DNA of 64,000 nt from Paraphysomonas bandaiensis (taxonomy: Eukaryota > Protista > Chrysophyceae). A program made the position numbers and the translations under genes. This document shows positions 26,041 through 39,723 of this stretch, piece by piece. The notes below the pieces were generated by a model. That model had not been told where the DNA came from. It ran no database searches and worked only from the letters and a program-made list of their open reading frames with translations. The stretch is from assembly GCA_965644295.1 (NCBI GenBank), contig CBFFRP010000067.1, forward strand, positions 1-64,000. The letters run 5' to 3'. Positions within the stretch are counted from its first letter, which is position 1, and every line of letters begins with the position of its first letter.

Positions 26041-27463
26041 ATGGATTCTTATCAGAAGGTTAGCACTTATATATTACATGTATTCCACTGATGGGTGATG
26101 TATGTGTGAGCAGATATCTCTTACAGATATCGAGCCAAAGAAAGGAGATTTCAATGCAAATAATTATAAATATATTGACTCTGCATGTCAAGTAGGAGAA
26201 AGTCCGGTATGGGACTCATGTAGACGTTGTCTGTTTTGGGTTGATATAGAAGGGAAGCTGTTCTTTAAGCTGGCATGGGATGACTGTACACTCGAAAGAT
26301 GGAATTTTGGTATTATATATGAGGATTTAGGTCGACCAGGATGCTTTGTATTATGTAAATCTGGACGACTTCTCTTTGCTTTTGAGAATGGGTTTGCACT
26401 GTACAATGTTGAATCACAGGAAATGGTCCGATTAGGGAAAGGTGGCGATGAATGGCAACAAGACAGGTTAACAGAGAGGGGATACTCAGTGCGTATGAAC
26501 GACGGTCGTGTTGATCGGTCCGGAAGGCTTATTGTTGGTGGAATTAATTTTACTGGATGTGGTGGTAATGTCCCGTGGGAAGCTGTCCAACCATGCTACG
26601 CGGTGGAGTTAGGGACAACGACAGGCTCAGAAGGAAATATTGAACTTGTAGCGGTTGTTCGTCAATTACGAATTCCACTGGTGAGGATTACCAACAGCAT
26701 CTGTTTCTCTCCTGATGGACACACGATGTATCATTGTGATTCATCAGGAAATCACATCGACGCATTTGAGTATGATTCCGCCGCTGGTGAAGTTCACGAG
26801 AATGCTACAGGAAAAGTTATTGTAAATACTAGTCATACACCTGATGGATCTATTACGGATTTGAGGTAGTAACTGATAGTGATTGTTGTGGTAATAGTGA
26901 TAAGGGACGGATTAATATAGTTGTGCGTATGTGTATACGAAGTGTGCTTTTAAGTAGCAGCTGCTGATACTTTTCTCTGATTGTTTTATATCTATATTGT
27001 GCATTGTATTGTTCATTATACCAATTTGAGATTGAAGAAATTTTAACCTAGTGACGCGTGTATTCAGCGGTGGCCTATGGAATGCCGAGTACGAAGGGGG
27101 GCGTGTAGTTCGATACGAGCACGCTGATTGCGACTCTTCGTGGAGAGAATCTCTTGTCATCCCGGTTCCAGCTCCTCAAACCACCTGTCCGTGTATTGGT
27201 ATGTAAAACTGTGTGATTTCCAGGATATTTACTATATGTGTGTCATTATGATAGCATAGTTTGTGGCATTTTTACGTTATTATATAGGTGGGCCTGATGG
27301 AGATTTACTTTTCGTTACGAGTGCTCGTAATGGATATTCCGCTGAGCGACTGGAGAAAGAGCCATTAGCCGGCTCTTTATTTATTTTTCGACTTCCAGTT
27401 AATGAATCGTATAAGGCAAATGAGGCTCTATTCAATGATGATATCTTATTGACATTAAGCTGA
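26041..27463 (+). CDS. SMP-30/gluconolactonase/regucalcin-family protein
   Basis: GESPVWD, LFWVDI, RMNDGRVDRSGR, NSICFSPDG, PDG, GGLWNAEY, TCPCIGGPDG, LFVTSAR. Confidence 0.9.
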
Positions 27464-29465
27464 GCTAGATGATGAGTTCGATTTCTTATTATGATGACTA
27501 TGAATGGTGACGATTACTCCAAGTATTGTAGTATATAGATTGTACTATTGAGGTTATTCTGGTCTAACCAGATTCAAATTGGTTCCTAGGACTCAATATT
27601 GCGTTACGGTTGGCTCATGATTACGTTTTAGTAAAGACAGGAGATATAACGTGAAAATTTTTAGTCCACTCCATAGATTATTCGCTTGACCAGCGTCTAA
27701 CTATTTGGATACATTGCAACTGTATTTCTCGACATAGTAATAAATTCTTCGGTTGAATCACCTTCAGGCATCTGACTTATATTACAGTCAATCTATACCT
27801 GAACTTCATCATTTACAAATAAGGTATAAAATATTTCCGAATAGATACAGCTTTCATGCACAGTGGTACAAGTGCACAAGTATAGAGTGAAGTACAAATA
27901 CTAGAGTCTAATTATCCTCTAGTTCTATCAGGTAACTTCTTGTCAAATATTCATGTCGATTACATTTCGTATTGCTTTCTAATCACTAAAAATAACGTCA
28001 CTAGTGCTGGGAACTCTTGACATAGGCTACTATGGGTGTACAACTGACAGTTGGTACTGGGTATCATTTGTACCTTTTCCTTAAGTAGCACACTCTCAAA
28101 ACGTCATCCACACATCAACCCATAACAATACAAATGCGTTCACTTTACTCTTTACTGACACTCTTAACTGGCAATTCTATCCGTATATAGTGATATTGAC
28201 GTTATCCGCATTGTGTAGATATAAACTGATAGTACTTATATGGCATACGCTACCAGTATTTGATTTCACTTTGTACAAGATATGGTTGACTGAAAATCTT
28301 ACAGGAGAGTTGATCTATCTCAAAGTGAGGATTGTAGCGTTGGTTCTAGGATTTCGAAAGTTATGTCACATCAGAAGATTTGAAGAGAAAGCCTATATTA
28401 GAAGTCTATAATCTTGTGAAGTGATGCAGAGCATATGAAGAAAATCTAACGAAGATAGAGAGAGTCAAGTATTAATAACTCCACTTGAGCGAGTATCATG
28501 CCTATTTTTCCACTCTGATTGAAAGTGTACACTGACATGAGTGTATGATTTAGGATTTATCATACAATGTTTAAATATAGATAAGGATATTGTGTTGAAG
28601 CATGGAGACAATTATCGACACGTAGCGCCTTCTTTGTGGAGGACAGGAAGTTATATGAGCTGGCACACTATAGTAGATGGTAGTCATAAAACGTGCTCTG
28701 TATCTGGATATGTACCAGTCTACATTCATATATAATAACTAGTAGATTGACATCAATTCAACATGCGTTGCTAAAAATATAGTTGTTAAAAATTAATGTT
28801 GTGACATTTTGTCGCTTGTGGTTGTATTTGTGAACACACTGACGATAGTGAGCTTATCAAATGCATTGTAAACACAACCGCAATTCATTTGAGTAGTCAA
28901 ACAAGTCTTGGACTACTAGTTATCGAACAAAAATAGCTTAGCATACCACTCAATCAATACGTCCAACAGATGCCACGAGGAGCTTCTTAACAAATCAGGT
29001 ATATGTCTTAACACTCCTGATCTGTGTACAGCAGTACTATTTACCCTACCTTGTCAGACCTCAGGCACAACTTCCATATCGTCATCTTGCCTTCAGCATA
29101 CTTTTGCACTTCTTATGATGCCTGAACAAAGCAGAAGAAGAATAGCCAGAAGTGTCGAATTCGCTGGTAACAACATCCCACTCCGAACTTTCGTCTCTTG
29201 ACAACAAGTTTTATAAATGGATTTCAACTCAGGGACTTTTTTGTTGCCTTCATGAGCTTCTTCTAAACTTGATAAATCCTTCATTATCTGATGATTCCGG
29301 CCTGGCCTGCCTTGTCTGCTTGAAGAATTCACCCCTCATTCGTTTGTCTTTTCAAGTGTGAACAGTTGTTCTATTTAACCCGTAATGATCGATACATATT
29401 TTAGATGCACTTATATTCTCCTCTGGCTAACTCAATAGGAAGGAATTGAGATCTAGATATGGTGT

Positions 29466-32400
29466 TCCTACCAGACAAGTCCAGAAAAACGAGAAAAGTT
29501 CTCACTCATCATCACCACTCACTATTCCCCACACCCTCAGATTAAAGGATGGCGGCAATTTATTTTTTTCTCCCTTTTTTACTATTTTTACTATTTTTAC
29601 CCTAAAAATACAGCATTCTATTGAGAAAAGGGTAGATGTAAAAAAGGTAATTTATTGCATACGGTTTACCCCAATAATGGAGCTCTATCTGTGGAAGAGA
29701 TAAAAGACGTGATAGACACATTAAAAGATAGCAACAAATACAAGACAATATCGACATAAGACAGCAATGTCACAACCCTTTAAAGGAAAGATAAAACGAG
29801 GTTTATTCGTGGCATCATTAAGTGGGTCATTCCAGTCGTTATTAAGCATCTTATTGAGCAAGCAGGCGATCTGGTAAGTATGAAGAAGAAGAGCAGTAGA
29901 AGGCCAAAAGTTGACTTAAATATACGGAGTCTATATATATTTATACTCATAGAGCGTATAACTTTTATCTTTTCTATAGTGAGAGTATGAAAATATGTAC
30001 AGAGTTGAAACACATTGACACACGCTCACACCCTTAATATGCATATCACCAGTATTCATCACAGTGAGCCCTTGAGCCGAGTGCACCTTCATAGACATCG
30101 TAAAAACATATAAATCATAAGTATATATACTGTGACAGCAGGTAACCCAAGAAATAATAATAAGCTTGTAATTTATTATTGCAATACAGATATATATTAT
30201 GTATACTCCAGGTGTTAGAACATGACATGTACATTGTATACTATATGCACGCTGTATATTTAGCTATATTTTGACATTTATACGCATGTTTATACGTATG
30301 GAGACTCTTATTTTACTAATTATACCCCTATCGCAAGCACTTACATGCACCACCCCAGCAGCTCCCAGAGGGCACCCAAGGCATCTGGTACACTCTATAC
30401 TATCTATGTCTATAATGTTTTTATAGCCTTGAAATTTCATCAATATGTGTTTTTATAACATGTTAATATACTCTATTTCTAGCTATACCTCAGAATCCCT
30501 TCAGCGTCTTTCAACTACTTCTCCCAGTGCCCTGATAAACTTGTATTACAATTCATTATTTCCCCGATATGGAATTGGTTATAGTCAAATATGTTTGCAC
30601 GACACATTACATACTATATACACACTATAAATCTATAGATATTAAAGCTACCGGAAACAGCCCTTCAACACCCCCAAGCGATGATTCAAACATTCACTTA
30701 ATTACCGAAATAATAATGATAGGAAAGATTGGCTAACTAAAATTATATATATTCAAACTAATCTAAGCAAATTCATGTACAAGTTTGTGTCAAATTTAAT
30801 TCTTTTGCCAGCTGCACATTCCATGATGCTTTCGACAATAACTCCCTGGGTTGTTCTGGACTTGGTCCACTGTCAAAAATAAGCCTTGTTTTGTCCTCTC
30901 GATGACGTATTGCTTCTAATTGATCTGGTGAAGGTAGTGGTACATCCCGGTATTTAATGTCGCAACATATGCACATATTACAGAATAATTTGACGGCATC
31001 ACTGGCATTGCCGTTCGGCATACGCATCAGCACATCTCTCAACTGTGGTACTACAAAGGCTTTGCTACGATTTCCAATCAATTCGAAGGCGGGAATGTTT
31101 GGCCACAGTCGACGCATTTCCTGGCTCGGCCGGCAAAAAAAACAAGTGAGTGGCATTAAGCACTCCCCCATCACCTGTTTGTCCAGGAAGTAATAACACT
31201 CGTCGATTACCCCAGCATTGGGGATCAGTTCACGAGCCTCTTCCTCACGCACGTCGCTGAGAAACTACAACAATTCTATATATCAGCAATCTGATAACTA
31301 CTCCGACAACTGACCTTGTCAAGTGCTTTGAAGTGAGTTGGAATAATAGCAGTGGCCATCTGCAGAGGCCTGTAAGAATCTAGAACTCTACTAACTTTAG
31401 ATGGGATTTTTATTCGTGAGTACGCCTGCACTAATGGTTTTAGAACTTTGTTCCCAATGTCGCGAGCATAGTTGAAATCACTGCCTCCATGTTTGAATCT
31501 TCTCATCTGATGGGCAGGCTCGGACAACTTAGCATCGGTGGAATCTCGGCGCCTCTTCTTCAGGAGGCTATTGCTTTCCCCTCCCACCTGTGACACGTGT
31601 TGCAGTTCACGCCAGGAGTTCTTGTCGCAACGAATCCGGTCTACCAGCAGTGAGCATAGCCGGGTCAAAGTGAAATCATCAGTAACCGACTTGGAAGTCA
31701 GATGACGAGCAAGCACGGAATTGGCATGCTCGATATATACCTGTTTTGTGTGTCTCAGTAAAATGATAATAGTACGCTTTAGTAGAATTAATTTACCTCA
31801 TTGGTCCAAGTACTGATTCCAGCGATGGCTCTCAGCCAATCGGGCCTCTTCTCTTTGCAATGGAGAATAATACATAGATGGTAGATGAAAACTCGCGTGA
31901 TTCTTGGCTTATCGCCGAAGGCAAACAATCGACAATAGGCAGGAAGGTATCTCCAGAAGTCCTCAATATCACCTGGTAAATACAAAACAATGGATAAGTG
32001 AGAGCTGCATAATTTTTTTGAAGTCAATTACCGTCGACAATTAGTTTCTCTAAGGGCTCTACCGTCACACGCAACATCACATCCAGAAAATATTTCATGA
32101 GCATTGTGAGGCTATTCGCATTGAAGTCCGCCTCACATTCCTCCTTAATATGCTCGTAAGCATTGAAGAGTATCTCTGTTATATACTTCATGCGCTTGTA
32201 ATTTATGATCCAAGTCTTGGTCAGCTCTCTCTGAGCGGCCATGAATCTTTTTACCTTGGGCTTATCTTCCTGACTATGTGCTCTCATATTGATATGGCGA
32301 GCGGAGGCAAATTCCGCAATGGCTTCCACTTCTCTCAGACCAGAAATTTGAGTGATCTTTTGGTCTTCCATAGCAGCGATAATTGATTCCCGTATGCTAC

Positions 32401-35037
32401 CTACTGAGTCCTCTTCATCATCATCTCCAGCTTCTACGTCATCCTCAGGCTCATCGACATCAGGCATATCCAATTCACCGTCTTCATTGGTGGAATCAGT
32501 ACGTAGTAATGCTAGGCATTTATCCAGACTGTAAAAATCTGATGCCGTAGCCGACATTATCCACTCTAAAATATTGCGTTGCAACTGGTCGTTGAATACA
32601 CTGGATTTCATTCGGAGCTGTTGCAACAGTGGGATAACAAGCATGATCATAAATATAGGGTCCCGCCAGTGGCACTCTGTAAGATGTTTGCCACAATGGA
32701 ATGGAGGGGGGAGTGGACACATCATTCGTGTTTCATCTCGTAGCGTTTGGGTAAGCCGCATCAGCTGCCAACCAAACTCCGGATCAAGTGGAAGTGCTAT
32801 CTCGTTAGCATCCGCTCCAAACACACCATGACATATCATTTTAGTTTCCACTTGAATATGTGATCTTCCATGTCCCGATTTAAACGGTAGATTCCCAAAG
32901 CTCCTGAAATCATGTAAACGTGCTCTGCCATTTCCAGAATTGACACATCTGACCGTGTCACCAATTTCATTTATATAGATGCTGCCATCTGCATTTCGCT
33001 TTAGCATTAGGTCTCCAAAATCCAGAATACCAACGCTACCGCTCATCACCGCGCACTCCGCTGTACTTCGTATCGAAGTGTTGAGGTCTGTGTTGACGCC
33101 ATCTCTGTCACATAATATATATAGCATTAATTCACAATATCGTTTGTGCTTGATATACATACCTCCCTTGATGTCTCTTCATTTCTGGAGGTTTCTGCCA
33201 ACCATGATACAGCGTGCTTAAGGTGTCATTTTGACGAGAAAAAGTCTTTCCACTCTTCATGGATTCTAGGGCCCATGATAACCTACACAGCAATTAGCAT
33301 AATACAATTTCACAGCAAGCTACTAAAATTAGCAAACAACGTAGTTACTGACTTACCGATTGAAATTATCAATTAATACAACGAAAAAATATTCGGGTTG
33401 CTTATCTTGTCCACGCGCATCGACCATATCTATTAAGTCTTGCCACACGCGGTTGTAGTACTGCTCCACGGATTCGCTAATGGTGTTCGTACAAGTGGTG
33501 TTGCTTGTCGTTATGTGCAGTCTGGATAAGGTATCAATTCCCTCAGTTGACAAACCACATTCTTTAAGTAGGGATGTTAACAGAAACACCCATGGAGATG
33601 AAACCTAAACATTATCAGATTCAAGCATTGTCAAAACATGAAATTGTATGTACCAACCGTTCCTTTTTTCCGTGCATTAAGAATAAAGTGCACCAACATA
33701 GACGTAGTAATCATCGCTTTATCCACCTTTGCGGCTAGACGAATGTTGTCAGGGTCTGTCTTCGATTTATTAGTATACTCAATTGGCAAAGGACTCAATC
33801 CTGCGGCGATTTTTTGGCGTACATCGTCGTTGCTAGATTTAGCTATGGCGTCTCTTTCTGATTTGGCCATGGAGAGCTGTAATATTAATTTGAACAAAGT
33901 CGGGGCAGCAATAGCATCTTGGGTCTTGCAGTCCCTCAGGAATGGGGCTACATCTCGAAGGCTGGGATCATTTGACATTTCATCATACGAGCCATATTCA
34001 GCCTGGTAGTGTCGACAGATTTCCTCTAGCTCATTATCAACAGCCTTCATTAAGGTGTTTATACAGTCTATATCATTATATGTAGTACTCGCGCCACCTG
34101 TGATATAAATTAAACAAAACCTCAAAGGTTATGCTAATAAATAAAATGTATATGCTATATATATGCATATGTGTGGTGATTCTACCGTCAGCTTCACTGG
34201 TCATTGCATTACCAGATCCCGCACTCGGGCTAACATAGGAGGGTGCTGGAGTTCGGACACCCCCTGGCTGGAAACAAAACCCAAACTTGTATCATCTTCG
34301 GTCTTGCTAAAGGATAGCAAATTGGCATATTTTTGCAAAGAATCTTTATTATTGTCGGTTGTTCCAGCAAAACAGTGTAACCCTCGATCAAATGGAATGA
34401 ATTCGGCAGCAACAACTTGTCGGCAGGGCCGCATTTCACTGCATGTTATGTCTCTATAATACTCTGCAACATGCAAAATTTGACCCATTTCTCTACACTT
34501 TTTCTTAATATATGTTCTCTTGTTTTCACTGGATCTTTGACTTCCCAAAGTGACGCCCAGAGCTGCCGCAAGGAAACTGAATAAGTCCGCACAGTGGCAG
34601 AACCAGACACCCTTGTGGTTAACGTAGTGGAGTATGAAGCCACCCAATGAGAGGTAGGGCATATTAGACTGCCTAATATCGATACTTAAACAGTTCTTAG
34701 GTGTTGTCATCGCGCCTTATGGCGGCCACTGGAACATATTTGTTATTTCATGACGTTCGCTTATTCACTGGGAATACTGACCTGATTACACACGGTAGAT
34801 ATTGTCAGTAAGGCACATAGTAGTAATAAGAGTCCTCTACAAGACTATATATATATATAAGTACCTTTATGCAGCCATACGCTCGATATGGTCGTTAAGA
34901 GGGACGTACATTAACGCTGAATCACGTACATAAACGCTGAATTCTGCAGACCAGAATATCTCCACTTCAACCCCCCCCCTACACACACTCCCATACAAAA
35001 AAAACAGAATTCATTTTTCTGGACTTGTGTGGTAGGA
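29466..35037 (-). mobile_element. 5572-bp TIR DNA transposon, Academ/DUF6589-like; 27-bp TIRs, 5-bp TSD GGTGT
   Basis: Left end TCCTACCAGACAAGTCCAGAAAAACGA (29466-29492); reverse complement of right end TCCTACCACACAAGTCCAGAAAAATGA (35011-35037), 2 mismatches. GGTGT lies at 29461-29465 and 35038-35042. Confidence 0.88.
30773..34710 (-). CDS. Putative DDE transposase (~1150-1200 aa, ~7 introns, one apparent frameshift near 34260)
   Basis: Spliced motifs GLSTEGIDTLSRLH, VVLIDNFN, LPLDPE, PPPFHCGKH, GDIEDFW...LFAFGDKP, NEVYIEHANS and C-terminal CxxC pairs; lies entirely inside the TIRs. Confidence 0.72.
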
Positions 35038-35540
35038 GGTGTGGTTATATATGGGGAATACATCCGGATACCGGATACAGATGTGAGGGATAAGAAATTA
35101 ACAGCCGGGATATGTAATCCGTAAAAGAAATATTCACAGTCGTACTTGTAGGCATAGTCATATGAAAACATATGTTCCAGCAGTGCTTGCCCATATACAG
35201 TACGTATATTTCCATAACACCATCCAGTATGGAAATTATCCAACGAAAAATTCCCCTTTTCAGTTCAGTTTTATCCCTTCGCTCTACATATATACGTATG
35301 TATGTGTCGACTGACTGTACTCTATATGGTGGTGTTGTTCTTCACCATTCAGAGAATCGTCACTCTATAGAGGTACTCTGTATATATATATATAGAGCTT
35401 ATTAATCTCTTATCACATCATGTATACATAATATAAATTGAAGTTACACTCTTTTTACAGAGCTGTGGCTCATGTTTGTTCCCTCATCACTAGTAAACTC
35501 TTCTCAGGAGGAGTGTGGTATTCATGATATAATATAACAA

Positions 35541-36293
35541 ATGCTGACACGAAAACAAATTTGGCGACGAACACAGTTCAAGAAAAGAACACGCCAACAA
35601 ATACAGCAAAAGGATGAGATTGATGAGAAATCAATCCTTCCACCTGCTGTAGAACAGCCAGTTGAGGTGGTCGCTCCTAAACTGAAGAGTATATTAAGTA
35701 GTTCGAATATGTCAGGAATGAGACAAAAGGAACCACATAATGTCCGATTTTCGTCTACAGTTCATGTTCTGTTGATACCTTCACGATTTGAAATATTATC
35801 TCATTGTTTGAGTGTTTATTTTGTGGCGGAAGATTATCAAGAATTCAAACGAGAAGCTGTACAAGAAATTCGAGATGTTGCTAAGCGTTATAACATTCCT
35901 GTCAAAGCTGCTATGAATTTTTTGTACCAGTCTAACTATCATCTTCCTCCAGAATCTACGCCAGAGGTTGATTTACGTGGGGAAGATAGGGATAGCCCAC
36001 CTATATCAATATGTAATCGCGGTGATTTATCTTCTGAACAAGACTGCTCCACTATTGACCACGACAAATTCGTTGAAGCCATGCGCTTTTTGGAGAGCGA
36101 GCTAAAGTTTATTACGAATGCTAAAACAGATGTAGAACTGAACGCTCTCCCGACTACTGGGGCCTCTCCGATGTCCTCATCTGCGACTGCATCGCCCCGA
36201 GTTCGGCGGGTTCCCTCGCGCACCACTGCATCAGGGTCACTGCCGGTCAAGCAGCATGCGTGGGCGGTGCAGTGGAAGAAACAGTCTCAATAA
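35541..36293 (+). CDS. Hypothetical protein (NVRF...IPSR motif, possible PP1-docking RVxF-like site)
   Basis: 250-aa intronless ORF. Confidence 0.65.
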   Translation: MLTRKQIWRRTQFKKRTRQQIQQKDEIDEKSILPPAVEQPVEVVAPKLKSILSSSNMSGMRQKEPHNVRFSSTVHVLLIPSRFEILSHCLSVYFVAEDYQEFKREAVQEIRDVAKRYNIPVKAAMNFLYQSNYHLPPESTPEVDLRGEDRDSPPISICNRGDLSSEQDCSTIDHDKFVEAMRFLESELKFITNAKTDVELNALPTTGASPMSSSATASPRVRRVPSRTTASGSLPVKQHAWAVQWKKQSQ

Positions 36294-37948
36294 GTTCAAT
36301 ATACGCATTAATAATGGTTTGCGTATGTTATCCTACGAGCCATATGACGTGTACAGTCCACGCGCACTCATTCTACAGCCCTAAACCCTCGATATCCCGC
36401 AAGACATTTTCAAACCGCATCTGTTTTGCACATGCGATGGGTCTTATTGATGAGCACTACTGCACAACATAAGATTCCACCAATTCTCGTAACAATTTTG
36501 AAACTTTTTGAATTGTTTAAGCAACAAAAGAAATTGTATATATGTCGTTATAGACTTAATTTTGCGGCTTACAGTTTAGATCTCGGTCCATGGGGCACCT
36601 TATTACAGTGCCAGTGATACTAATGTTTGATAGTTCGTCGTGTTGAATATTGTTTTTTAAATTTTAATCATTTCATGTTCATTCCACATAACACGTTGTA
36701 ATCATTCGATAGTAATATTCTTGTAATGCTGAGCATTGCGATATCGAACAACTAAAAGCTGTATTTCTAAGGTTTAGAATTATAACCGTTGCTTGAATAA
36801 TACAGTAGTCAGAGTCAGTATTATACTAATCTCAATGATAGATAGAGTTTGATATAATCAAGAAAAACTGAAATATATTGACTGTATAAAATAGGAAGAT
36901 GTGATAACATTGGAATGCGGTTGTAGTCAATTATAATTGCAATTATTACTAGCTGTCTCAATTTAACAGAAGTTGACATTATTTGCTAAGGTTTACTATT
37001 CTCAAATGATAAGATGAAAATTATAAACATTACATGATAAAGAACCTAAATTGTGTTCGATGTGTTCAACACCATTCATTTACTACTATATAGTGTACAA
37101 ACCACACACTCAGTGATCGTATCCTGTATAGTCACCCACTTCTACTTCAGTTTCATACTACACAATATAATGTACTAATTACATATATATCTTTCGATAC
37201 TTGCATCTCACATAATACTGCACTCAATTGCAAGTATATAGAATCTTCAGATCTCAACATAATTTCTATTTTTGCAATTTCTACAAGTGACAATTAATTG
37301 TTACGCAGCCCTAGTATTAGTACTGATATGTAATACGTTGGTCATGTATATTGTATGTAGTAGACGTATGAATTAGATAGTATTAGATAGTGTGCGAAAC
37401 AGATGTAGTTTGTTGACGCAAAGTATCTTAAGTATATAGCAAAATATCCAATCTAAAACCTAATATATAGTATATAGTGTAGCATGAATTATTCTCTCAT
37501 ATGACTTCACTCGATGTAAGATTCAACAATATAGTAACTATAATCTATAATCTACTCATCACCTTTGGTACTGCATTCTATGTAAGCTTAGCACGAAAAT
37601 TCAATTCGTGCAAAGAATACAATGCGTATTCAAATGTTCAGTAAAGAATTTGTTCCGTTCCTAAAAGTATGTGGTTAATTCGGTAACCCTAATCTGTAGC
37701 AGTTACTCTGCAAACTTTGGTATAGAGTTCAAGGATGCTATCAACACAGACTTGGACTTGTTCCTAAATGAGTATAAAGCAAGATTGTAATTCACGTAAT
37801 AAGACAAATATTGCCGAAATAAGTTATCGTTATTTATCTGTTCAACAGCTGCATATATGCACCAGTAAGTCAGTAGCAATCACAACTCAAAAAGCTAGGT
37901 TGCTTCTTCATACTTGCTATGATAGGCAGTCCACTTTCCATACCAAAA

Positions 37949-39201
37949 TTAAGCAAGAGCGGCACCAGTAGGGTAGCTGCTGTCATACAGAATTCCACAA
38001 GTACCACACACCTTGACAGGAGTATTGTCTCCGGCACAAGCAGTTCCGTCTTGAGGGGTGATATCAAGGCCACAAAGCTCATTCTCCATGTCCGCACGAG
38101 CAATGCGAATATAACCCTGCTCTCCATAAGAAGGAGACCACGAGTTTCGTACAAGCCAGTACTTCTGGCCATTTTCCTCCCCATATCCGACCAATACGAC
38201 ACCATGATTAAGATCAGGGTTCTTCTGATTGCAGCCATTGAAAATTCCAGAGTCGTACGAATGCCATTCCGAGGCATCCACAACGACAGCAACGGGCCCT
38301 TTCTGAGCAACGGCGTTCATGAGGGCTAAGTAGTTATTCTCCTCAAGTTTGGTGTATCCAGTAATAGTGGCCACTGGTACAGTCTCAGTGGAAAATCCGC
38401 AGGGAGAATCCTGACCAGAATAAGCACTGTATCCCAATTGATACTCCTCAAGAATGCCACTGGATGCCACGTAATCAAAGCCAAGTTCAGTTGTGGCTCC
38501 TTCGCACCCTCCAGTTCCTCCACAAGAGTCGGGGTTAGGCTAAAAAGATATTGGGACATATTTACAAAGATTAGAGAAGAACGACTTACCGAGCACATGG
38601 CAATTTGCTGCGGAGAAAAGTTGTAGAGTAAGCCGGTAGAGATGGCTACATGTGATTCAAGTGTCTCCGTTGCACTGAAGGCCCAGCAGCTATTAATACT
38701 TGTAAGATGTTTTAAATGCCACACTTAAACGATAAAACCTTCCACAATGGCCTTGATCTTTTACAGCAGATACGACATTCGGGGTATCTCTCCAGTCAAC
38801 AGATGAAGGTAGCTGTGACAAAGGCTTGATCTCAAAATCAGCAGGAACCTCATATTGAGGCTTATGGGATTGCGCAGCCCCTTTAGAGTAGCCATTCATT
38901 GCTTGCTTTTCAGCTCTGGTCATGTAAGAGAAGCGGTTAATAGTCTCTTTCCATGTATGGTTCTCAGAGTTATGAAGCTTAACACGAGCTAACTCCTGTT
39001 CAAATATACCCTTACGCATAGCGAATTCATCAGAATCCCATGAATGCTTGACATTGAAATCACCCAGATAGGTTTCGAAGTTATAGCCATGTTGTTGCCA
39101 GTTAGATGCCACGACAGCACTGAGACCTATAGGGGAATGTAAGTGATAGTATATTTCAATGACTGTAAATTACCAGAGAGAAGTAATGCCGAGTAAATCA
39201 T
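37949..39201 (-). CDS. Papain-family (C1A) cathepsin L-like cysteine protease with signal peptide and I29 prodomain
   Basis: INRFSYMT prodomain, LPSSVDWR, KDQGHCG|SCWAFS, NHGVVLVGYG, YWLVRNSW. Confidence 0.95.
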
Positions 39202-39284
39202 TTTTTTGAAGTTGGTATGTTATGTGGATAGTAGTATTTAATACTGCCTTTGGAGGTGATATTGGTGTCATTATGTATGTAAGT

Positions 39285-39564
39285 TATGTATGTATGTATG
39301 TATGTATGTATGTATGTATGTATGTATGTATGTATGTATGTATGTATGTATGTATGTATGTATGTATGTATGTATGTATGTATGTATGTATGTATGTATG
39401 TATGTATGTATGTATGTATGTATGTATGTATGTATGTATGTATGTATGTATGTATGTATGTATGTATGTATGTATGTATGTATGTATGTATGTATGTATG
39501 TATGTATGTATGTATGTATGTATGTATGTATGTATGTATGTATGTATGTATGTATGTATGTATG
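39285..39564. repeat. (TATG)70 microsatellite
   Basis: Perfect tetranucleotide array. Confidence 0.98.
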
Positions 39565-39723
39565 TACTGCAGTACACAGAGCAGTATGTGTGTGGTGAAT
39601 GCCTCGGCCTCACTGCACCAGCGCATCTTTTACACATACAGCGCAGCAGCAGTGCTTCTATTCCTCTTCATTGGAAGCTAATTATCGCCTGTAAACATAG
39701 TAACATTTAATATATATCAAACC

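Noticed and set aside
29090-29440. Possible Tc1/IS630 HTH remnant (YGLNRTTVHT*...GRP) on the minus strand beside the transposon
   Set aside because: Too short and degenerate, with no DDE region or TIRs seen.
39198-39710. Long MYVC/YIHT ORFs (also 50340-50771)
   Set aside because: They are translations of the (TATG)n microsatellites.
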